The notes under the pieces: model-generated | What the model was told of the DNA's origin: nothing | The model's input: the letters and a program-made list of their open reading frames with translations, nothing else | Database searches by the model: none | Shown here: piece after piece, positions 15,284 through 21,835 of the stretch | Numbering within the stretch: the first letter of the stretch is position 1 | Layout of the letters: every line of letters begins with the position of its first letter | Program-made: the position numbers and the translations under genes | Assembly: GCF_900101615.1 (NCBI RefSeq) | Contig: NZ_FMZX01000021.1 | Location: forward strand, 10,336-34,335 | Source of the DNA: Belnapia rosea | GTDB lineage: Bacteria > Pseudomonadota > Alphaproteobacteria > Acetobacterales > Acetobacteraceae | Direction: 5' to 3' | DNA length: 24,000 bases

Positions 15284-17461
15284 ATGATTCCGCTGGATCT
15301 GAATCTGAAGCAGCGTCGGCTGGACGCAAACCTTTCTCAGGCTGCACTCGCCAAACGCCTTGGCGTGACCCAGAGCCAAGTGCTCAGGTACGAAGCTGAG
15401 CCGGACAACGTGCCGGCACGTGTGCTGCGGGAATGGCTCTCCGCTTGCGGAGAGATGCAGGCTACCCGCGGTCTGGACGTCGGCACCCCCTATGCTGGCT
15501 TACCCGAAGGCCTCGCCTCTCTCGCGCTTTACGCTCGCAACCAGCCAGCTTTGGACGAAAGCGATACCGTCAGGCCCGCAATCGGCATTGAGGATCTTAT
15601 AACGGCGCTCGGCGAGCGTGGCCGCAAGCCGCGACTGCTCCTGTGCGGCAGATACGACGCTGGTAAATCACGCTTGGCCAACGCGCTGATGGGCGCCGAT
15701 CGGCTCCCCGCATCCTACCAGCCGGCGACCCGTATCGTCTGTCTGGTGCGCCACCTGGCCGACAAGCCAGCCTGGCAACGCGAAGACGTCTGGATCATGG
15801 GCGAGGGCTTCGACCTGAACCGCGTCGAAGAGGAAAAGCATTGCGAGGACCATCGCCTTGTCGCAGGAGATTTCGAGACACTTGCGCGTTTCGGCACGCA
15901 CAAAGGGCGCCGCGATGCCGCCCTGGGTGAACCAGTTGCCGCCCTGGTCTATGTCGATGCTCCCATTCTGCATGCGTGTGACCTTATCGACACTCCTGGC
16001 CTGTCGCATGATGAGAGAGACAATGCCCTCGCCAGCGCGGTGTTCGCCCGCGGTGATGTTCTAGTCTACCTGTCGCCTCTGACGGGCTTCATGAACGGCG
16101 AGGACCTACGCGCTCTCGGCACGCTCATCGAAGCGCTGCCGAGCAAAGATGGCGAGGCGCCGCTCCGTGCGCTCGCGGTGCTCGCCACCCATGCGCATAT
16201 CGGAGTGACCGACGCCGAAGTGGCAGGTGCGCTCGATGCGGGCGCCGCTCGTACGGCCAGAGAATTAGCTCCGTTGATTGACCGACGCGTCGAAACAACT
16301 GGTGAGGCTATCGATGAAGTGGCGCTCCGCGCCAGATTATTCCCCTGGTACGTCGAAAGCGCGCCCCGACGCGACGCCTTCGAACGAGATACCCGTGAGC
16401 TCCTCGGACAGACCATTCCGATTTTCGTGCAAAGCCAGCTCGACCACACGGTAACAGCTTTTCAGACGCAGGCGGACGAGGCCTATGGCCGCGAGGCCGA
16501 GCATCTTCGCGCTCTGCTTCAAGAGCGTGAGCATGCTGAGGAGCAACTCCGCGCCATGCAGGCCGCCGAGCCCGAGCGTCGGCGTCGGCTGCAGGAACAG
16601 CAGCGACGGATCGAGGCCCACATTACTCAGGCAAAGACGCAGACGCGTCTCTTCATCGAAGAGACGATTAGGCCGATGCTTTCGGAAGATCGATTGCAAG
16701 AGCTGATTGAGGGGCGCTACGACGAATCGAAGCTGGCGGAGCAGCATGCGGCGAATGCGGTGCTCGTCGATATTCGGGCCGAAGTCGAGCGGATTATCGC
16801 CGTCAGAGCCGAAACCCTTGCTGCCGACGTAGAGGCGTTCCTCGGCGAATATGGGCGACCGACGGATGTGAGCGTCGGTCCGATTGATGTCCCGTTCGAT
16901 GCGCGTGCCGCCTTCATCGGCGCGCTTGCCGCTGGCGGCGCCTTCGGAGCGCTGTCCACTTGGGCTGCCGTAGCTGCCGGAGGCAGCAATCTCGGAGCCT
17001 ACATTCTCGTGCCACAGGTAGTCGGTCTCCTTGCGCGCCTTGGCATCGGGATCGCTGGCGGCACGGCGACGGGCGTGTCCCTTGTTTCGGCACTGGGCGG
17101 TCCAGTTGGCATCGGCATCGGTATAGCCCTGACGATCGGACTGTTCGCCTGGGAAGTCTTTGGTCGCTCATGGCAGTCACGCCTCGCTCGGCAGATCTCG
17201 GAGCGTCTGCTGAGCAAGGAGGTCGACGTGGTCGGCAAGGTTACCGAACAATGCGACCGCTGCTGGGACGAGACGCTGCAGGGCTTCCGCGATGCTGCAG
17301 CAAGAACTGAAGATGATCACGGCAAGCACCTTGCACGCTTAGCCGCGCCGCTGAACACGCCCCGCGACGCTTTAGAGGCCCGGCTCAAGCGAGTGGAGGC
17401 GCGCCGCGCCTTCTTGTCCTTCCTCCCTTGGACCCCGCTTTCGAAGGGTGCGGCCGCATGA
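15284..17461 (+). CDS. XRE-family HTH domain fused to a bacterial dynamin-like GTPase with a glycine-rich membrane paddle
   Basis: 725 aa from ATG 15284, which is 4 nt after the upstream TGA (the ORF-track GTG 15254 overlaps the upstream gene). HTH: LKQRRLDANLSQAALAKRLGVTQSQVLRYE. G1 GRYDAGKS (15647-15670), QPATR switch, G3 DTPG (15989-16000). A long Glu/Arg/Gln-rich helical region (EREHAEEQLRAMQAAEPERRRRLQEQQRRIE). Hydrophobic Gly/Ala-rich segment ~16912-17160 (FIGALAAGGAFGAL...GIGIAGG...GIGIGIALTIGLFAW), followed by a helical C-terminus. Confidence 0.85.
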   Translation: MIPLDLNLKQRRLDANLSQAALAKRLGVTQSQVLRYEAEPDNVPARVLREWLSACGEMQATRGLDVGTPYAGLPEGLASLALYARNQPALDESDTVRPAIGIEDLITALGERGRKPRLLLCGRYDAGKSRLANALMGADRLPASYQPATRIVCLVRHLADKPAWQREDVWIMGEGFDLNRVEEEKHCEDHRLVAGDFETLARFGTHKGRRDAALGEPVAALVYVDAPILHACDLIDTPGLSHDERDNALASAVFARGDVLVYLSPLTGFMNGEDLRALGTLIEALPSKDGEAPLRALAVLATHAHIGVTDAEVAGALDAGAARTARELAPLIDRRVETTGEAIDEVALRARLFPWYVESAPRRDAFERDTRELLGQTIPIFVQSQLDHTVTAFQTQADEAYGREAEHLRALLQEREHAEEQLRAMQAAEPERRRRLQEQQRRIEAHITQAKTQTRLFIEETIRPMLSEDRLQELIEGRYDESKLAEQHAANAVLVDIRAEVERIIAVRAETLAADVEAFLGEYGRPTDVSVGPIDVPFDARAAFIGALAAGGAFGALSTWAAVAAGGSNLGAYILVPQVVGLLARLGIGIAGGTATGVSLVSALGGPVGIGIGIALTIGLFAWEVFGRSWQSRLARQISERLLSKEVDVVGKVTEQCDRCWDETLQGFRDAAARTEDDHGKHLARLAAPLNTPRDALEARLKRVEARRAFLSFLPWTPLSKGAAA

Positions 17462-17517
17462 GGTCCGCCGTAGACCCCCAACCCGAACGCAACCGCCTAG
17501 CCATCACTGGAGATCAC

Positions 17518-17838
17518 ATGGACCCGACTGATCCGGCTGCCTTCTGGACCAAGGCCAAGGCCGTGCTGCGCCAAGCTGGCGAAGCCGTGGTGCTGGAGGC
17601 CACGAAAGCCTGGTACGTGGCGCAGGATCCAGCAACGCCAACCCATGCTAAAGCCATGCTCTATGGTGCCCTAACATACTTTGTCCTCCCTACTGACGCC
17701 GTTCCAGACGCGCTGCCGATCATCGGCTTCAGTGACGACCTAGCGGCACTCAGTGCTGCGCTGTATGCCACGAACACATGGATTACGCCGGGCACTCTGG
17801 ATCAGGCGCGCGCGTCCGTTCGGCGCCTATTCGGCTAG
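17518..17838 (+). CDS. DUF1232 (YkvA-like) membrane protein
   Basis: LYGALTYFVLPTDAVPDALPIIGFSDDLAALSAAL matches the DUF1232 signature (Y.isP.D.iPD.iP..G..DDl). ATG 17518 has GGAG 5 nt upstream and gives 106 aa, typical for the family. The alternative ATG 17458 overlaps the upstream stop (ATGA) and would give 126 aa. Confidence 0.8.
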   Translation: MDPTDPAAFWTKAKAVLRQAGEAVVLEATKAWYVAQDPATPTHAKAMLYGALTYFVLPTDAVPDALPIIGFSDDLAALSAALYATNTWITPGTLDQARASVRRLFG

Positions 17839-17847
17839 GGCGCGTCG

Positions 17848-18060
17848 ATGTCGTTCGCATGGTTCGACGATGCTGCTGACTGGGCCGGTCAGGCCTGGGA
17901 AGCTGTGGCGGATGCCGCCAAAGCTGTATGTGACGCCGCCACATACGCCGCCGGCCTGCTCATCCTGATGTGGCTGGTGGTGCACCTTGGCCCGATCTTT
18001 CTAGTTTGGCTTGCCGGTGCGCCGGCCTGGGCCGTGCTGATGCTGATTTTTGGCTTGTAG
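17848..18060 (+). CDS. Small hydrophobic protein (70 aa, two predicted TM helices)
   Basis: Begins 9 nt after the DUF1232 stop. An acidic/Trp-rich N-terminus (MSFAWFDDAADWAGQAWEAV) is followed by AAGLLILMWLVVHLGPIFLVWLAGAPAWAVLMLIFGL. Codon usage looks coding. No family recognised. Confidence 0.5.
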   Translation: MSFAWFDDAADWAGQAWEAVADAAKAVCDAATYAAGLLILMWLVVHLGPIFLVWLAGAPAWAVLMLIFGL

Positions 18061-18109
18061 GTCGAAGCAACTTCAATCAGCGGCTACATAGGGAAAGAGA
18101 GTAGAACAG

Positions 18110-18340
18110 ATGGCTATTCCACCGATCATGGGACAGGCTATGGCCGGTATTGCGGCGCGGGAGGCGATACAGGTCTTTGCCGCCACAGGTGGCACCACCG
18201 TTGTAGTGACAGCAACGGGAATCGTCGTGCCAGTCGTCGTTGCTGGCGGACTGGTCGCCCTCACAGGCCTTGGTATTTATGCCGGCATGAAAGTGGGGAG
18301 GAAGTATCTTGTTGGGTCTGGATTAAGCCGGCCGGTCTAA
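18110..18340 (+). CDS. Small hydrophobic protein (76 aa, Gly/Val/Thr-rich TM segments)
   Basis: MAIPPIMGQAMAGIAAREAIQVFAATGGTTVVVTATGIVVPVVVAGGLVALTGLGIYAGMKVGRKYL. A weak purine-rich SD (GAAAGAGAG) lies upstream. Last gene of the plus-strand operon. Confidence 0.45.
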   Translation: MAIPPIMGQAMAGIAAREAIQVFAATGGTTVVVTATGIVVPVVVAGGLVALTGLGIYAGMKVGRKYLVGSGLSRPV

Positions 18341-18428
18341 ACTGGAGAGACCTTCTCAATTTTGTATGTAGCAGTATGGTGCAACCGTAAGGTCTCATGT
18401 CCACCGCTGAAGCGGCGCCCGTTTATGG

Positions 18429-20522
18429 TTAAGCCGAGCAAGTAAGCTGAATCAGCCTGTGCGCACGCCGACATAGGGCAGTGACCGCCGCAGTGTCGGA
18501 AGTCCTGCCTTGCAGAACAGCGCGTATGATTAGTTCCGGAAGACACAGACCGAACTTTAGCGCGTCATTCAGTTTGTCAGGAAGCCGCGGGTGCACCGCG
18601 TTCGGCTCGATAGATTTGAATGCCGACGCCAGCTTGCTCAAGTCCCGCATCTTCACCGTGACGGTGAAATCATCGAAAGCTGTCGCCGGTAAACCAAGAT
18701 CGTTCAGGCCCGCCGCAACGGACGCCATCGCGGCGCCGCCGCCAAAGCCCCACAGCACGACGCGCGCTTCGCCGTCCGTCACGAGCGGAAGCGCGTCGGC
18801 ATCTACAAACTGAAGGCGTGTGCGGATGTCCTCCAATGCCGCCTCGGCACGCCGCGATAGGCGACACCCCGGCAGGGTCCCTGCCACCACGCGTTCGACG
18901 GCGTTGGCCACCACACTCGACATCGGGCGACCGGTGCCGAGCCAGCGCGAACGACCGCCGCCCTCGGTAGGCAGGACAGAGACGGTCCGACGCCTCCAGT
19001 CGACATCCGTGACCTTCCAGCTTCTGCCGCCGAGCGAGATCACGGCAGGTCCGCTGCCGTACGCTGGTGCTATGCTGGCTGGGTGAACCGAGCCGAGGTC
19101 CAGCGCCCCGTGCCGGACGGCCAACAGGAGTGGTTGGCTGAAAGCGGCGACGAGGTCTCCGAAATGCCGGCGACCGAATTCACGTTCGCCAACGGACCCT
19201 AGGCCGAGGACGCCGGTGTCTTCGGCGAGGATCCCGTTCGCCAGCATGTGTGCGAGAATGTCGTGACGGTCCGCCTCCGGTATCGCGTCCACCGCTGCAC
19301 CGAGCCAGAGATCTATGTCCGCGCGCGCCAGGCCCTTCTCCTGGAGGACGAGTGCCATGACCTGCTGGGCAAAGATGTGCGACGGCCGTGGCGGAGCCTT
19401 AATCGCTTCTATGATCCCCTCGCGCCAGAGGGTTGCGAGCGCCAGACAAGCTAGCAGCTCCTCGTCGTCGGTGGCCAGGAACAGGCAGTTCCTCGCCGTC
19501 CCGCTCCGCCGTCCCGTGCGGCCCATGCGCTGAAGGAAAGAGGCGACGCTCGGCGGCGCACCGATCTGGATGACCCGGTCCAGATCGCCAACGTCCAAGC
19601 CGAGTTCGAGAGTGGAGGTTGCAACGATGACGCAGTCAGGCTCGGCGATGAAGGCGGCTTCGGCTTGCCGGCGCTCGTCGAGAGAGAGCGATGCATGCGA
19701 CACGAAGGTCCTCACGCCCGCCGTCCTGAGCCCGGCCGCGACCTCCTCGACGCGGGTCCGGCTGTCCGCAAAAACGAGCCGCCGCTCACCGCGGTGTAAG
19801 CGCGCAATGACCGTGACCGCGTTCCGAACCGACCCAACATGATCGGCCGTGACCTCGCCGTCCGCTACCGGGCGCGTGGGCCCGAGTACCCGCCCGCCCC
19901 GGCCCAGTGTCAGCCAATCGAGCAGTTCGGACGGGTTGCCCACCGTCGCCGTTAGGCCGATGCGCTGGATCTGGCGCCCAGTAAGACGCTCAAGGCGCGA
20001 GAGCAGGAATAGCAAATGCCAGCCCCTGTCGTCTCCGGCGAAGGCGTGGAGCTCGTCCACGACGACCGAACGGATACCGCCGAGAAGGCCGACGTGATCG
20101 AGGCGCGCCGAGATCAGCATCGCCTCCAGGGATTCGGGCGTGGTCAGCAGGATCTCGGGCGGATCCCGGAGCATTCGCCTCCTCGCGGGCTCGCCGACGT
20201 CCCCATGCCATAGCCCGACGCGCAGGCCGACGAACCCGGCGTAGCGCTCGAGGCGCGGGGCGAGGTTGTTCAGAAGCGCCTTCAGTGGGCAGACGTAGAT
20301 CGCCGACACCCCCCGCCAGCCCTCCCCGGCGATGCGGGAGACCAGAGGAAACGCGGCGGCCTCGGTCTTCCCGCCCGCCGTCGGGGCGAGCAGCAGCACG
20401 TCCTCGCCGGCAATCACCGGTCCGACGGCCTCCGCCTGCGTGGGCCGCAGGTCGGGCCAGCCAAGAGTGCTGACGATGTGGTAGCGGAGCGCGGGGTGGA
20501 GCGCGTCGAAGGCCGCACTCAC
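18429..20522 (-). CDS. brxHI: BREX type 2 Lhr-like DEAD/DEAH-box helicase BrxHI
   Basis: 697 aa. The GTG start overlaps the brxD stop (GTGA). Helicase motif I LLLAPTAGGKTEAA, motif II VVVDELHAF, plus ATSTLELGLDVG and QRMGRTGRR. Position directly after pglZ-brxD. Confidence 0.8.
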   Translation of the reverse strand: MSAAFDALHPALRYHIVSTLGWPDLRPTQAEAVGPVIAGEDVLLLAPTAGGKTEAAAFPLVSRIAGEGWRGVSAIYVCPLKALLNNLAPRLERYAGFVGLRVGLWHGDVGEPARRRMLRDPPEILLTTPESLEAMLISARLDHVGLLGGIRSVVVDELHAFAGDDRGWHLLFLLSRLERLTGRQIQRIGLTATVGNPSELLDWLTLGRGGRVLGPTRPVADGEVTADHVGSVRNAVTVIARLHRGERRLVFADSRTRVEEVAAGLRTAGVRTFVSHASLSLDERRQAEAAFIAEPDCVIVATSTLELGLDVGDLDRVIQIGAPPSVASFLQRMGRTGRRSGTARNCLFLATDDEELLACLALATLWREGIIEAIKAPPRPSHIFAQQVMALVLQEKGLARADIDLWLGAAVDAIPEADRHDILAHMLANGILAEDTGVLGLGSVGEREFGRRHFGDLVAAFSQPLLLAVRHGALDLGSVHPASIAPAYGSGPAVISLGGRSWKVTDVDWRRRTVSVLPTEGGGRSRWLGTGRPMSSVVANAVERVVAGTLPGCRLSRRAEAALEDIRTRLQFVDADALPLVTDGEARVVLWGFGGGAAMASVAAGLNDLGLPATAFDDFTVTVKMRDLSKLASAFKSIEPNAVHPRLPDKLNDALKFGLCLPELIIRAVLQGRTSDTAAVTALCRRAHRLIQLTCSA

Positions 20523-21835
20523 GGGTCGAGCTCGACGTCGTCCACATCGACCGCACCGGCGGCGGCGCGCTCGGCCTTGGTCATCTCCCGCTCGTCGACC
20601 GTCGGCGAGTAGTGCCGGCGCGGGTCAAAGTCGGCGAACTGGTCCACGCGGTCGAGCACCTCGGCGACCAGCTTCCGGAGGTAGAGTCGCGGCGCGACAC
20701 CCGCCCGCCCGCCGAGGCGTCCCGCGACCCCGCGCGCGAGGTCAGCGACATAGACGTCGTCCACGACCGCGCGAATGCGTGCTTGTTGGGCGCTGTGCTC
20801 CGCGAACAGGTCGCGCACCCGCCGCCCCACGGTAGCCAGGGCGTCGAGGTCGAAGCCCTGCAGTCGCACTTGGACGGCGCGCGGGTTGTCGAACCGGGCC
20901 TCGGTGGCGAAGTCCGTGTGGAGCCTCTGCGCGAGAGGCGGGAGGCGCTGGACGCCCTGTGGCCCATCGAAGAAGGCCGTCGTACCGGTGACGACAAGGT
21001 AGAGGCCTGGGTACCTTCCGGCATCGAGCTCGTCGAGGACCTGCCGCAGCGCGTTGAGGCCCTTCTCGCGCGTGTCGGCGCGCATGCGCTGGAGCGTCTC
21101 GGCTTCATCGAGGACCAAGACGAGGCCCGATCGACCGCTGTCGCGCAGGATCGTCAGGAGGCCGCCGAGGAAGTGCATGGCCCCGAAGGCGTCGAGGTCC
21201 CCCTTGATCCCCGCCGCACGCTTTACCGCGGCCGCGACGTTCGGCTGGCCGCCAAGCCAGGCGATCAGGCCCTCGGCGAGGCCGGCGTCGTCCGCGAGCA
21301 GGGCGCGGCGGTACGCGCGGAGGACGGCCGAGAAGGCGGGCGCGGTCCTGGCGATCGCCGCGAGCCGGCGCTCCATGACCGTCTCGGTGGCCGCGGCCAG
21401 CGCCTCCGCGTCGTCGCCGGCGATCCGCCCCTCCGCCAGCACATCCTCTTCCAGAGTGTAGAACCATGCGTCCACGGAGGGGCGCAGTGCCCCCTCGGGG
21501 GTGTCGGAGGTCGCAAGGCGCTCGACGAGACGCCGGTAGACGGTCTCCCATCGGTGCAGGGGTGTCTCGGTCTCGCTGACCTGCACCTCGGCCGTAGCGA
21601 AGCCCGCAGCACGGGCGCGCTCCTGCAGCCAGCGCGCCATGAATGTCTTCCCCGACCCGTACTCGCCGCGGACTGCCTTAAAGGCCCCGCGCCCGGCGGA
21701 GGCTGTTGCGAGGTCCGCGTCGACTGCGGCCTCGAAGCGGTCCATGCCCACTGCGAAGGCGGCCAGGCCCTCGCGGGGCACGGTGCCACGGCGGAGCGCG
21801 TCGAGGATCGCGGCCCTGCGCTGGACGCCGATCAT
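20519..21835 (-). CDS. brxD: BREX ATP-binding protein BrxD (DUF2791-type P-loop ATPase)
   Basis: 438 aa. ATGA overlap with the pglZ stop. ILDALRRGTVPREGLAAFAVGMDRFE ... VRGEYGSGKTFMARWLQERA, Walker B LVLVLDEAETL. Matches the DUF2791/BrxD pattern and genomic position. Confidence 0.85.
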   Translation of the reverse strand: MIGVQRRAAILDALRRGTVPREGLAAFAVGMDRFEAAVDADLATASAGRGAFKAVRGEYGSGKTFMARWLQERARAAGFATAEVQVSETETPLHRWETVYRRLVERLATSDTPEGALRPSVDAWFYTLEEDVLAEGRIAGDDAEALAAATETVMERRLAAIARTAPAFSAVLRAYRRALLADDAGLAEGLIAWLGGQPNVAAAVKRAAGIKGDLDAFGAMHFLGGLLTILRDSGRSGLVLVLDEAETLQRMRADTREKGLNALRQVLDELDAGRYPGLYLVVTGTTAFFDGPQGVQRLPPLAQRLHTDFATEARFDNPRAVQVRLQGFDLDALATVGRRVRDLFAEHSAQQARIRAVVDDVYVADLARGVAGRLGGRAGVAPRLYLRKLVAEVLDRVDQFADFDPRRHYSPTVDEREMTKAERAAAGAVDVDDVELDP

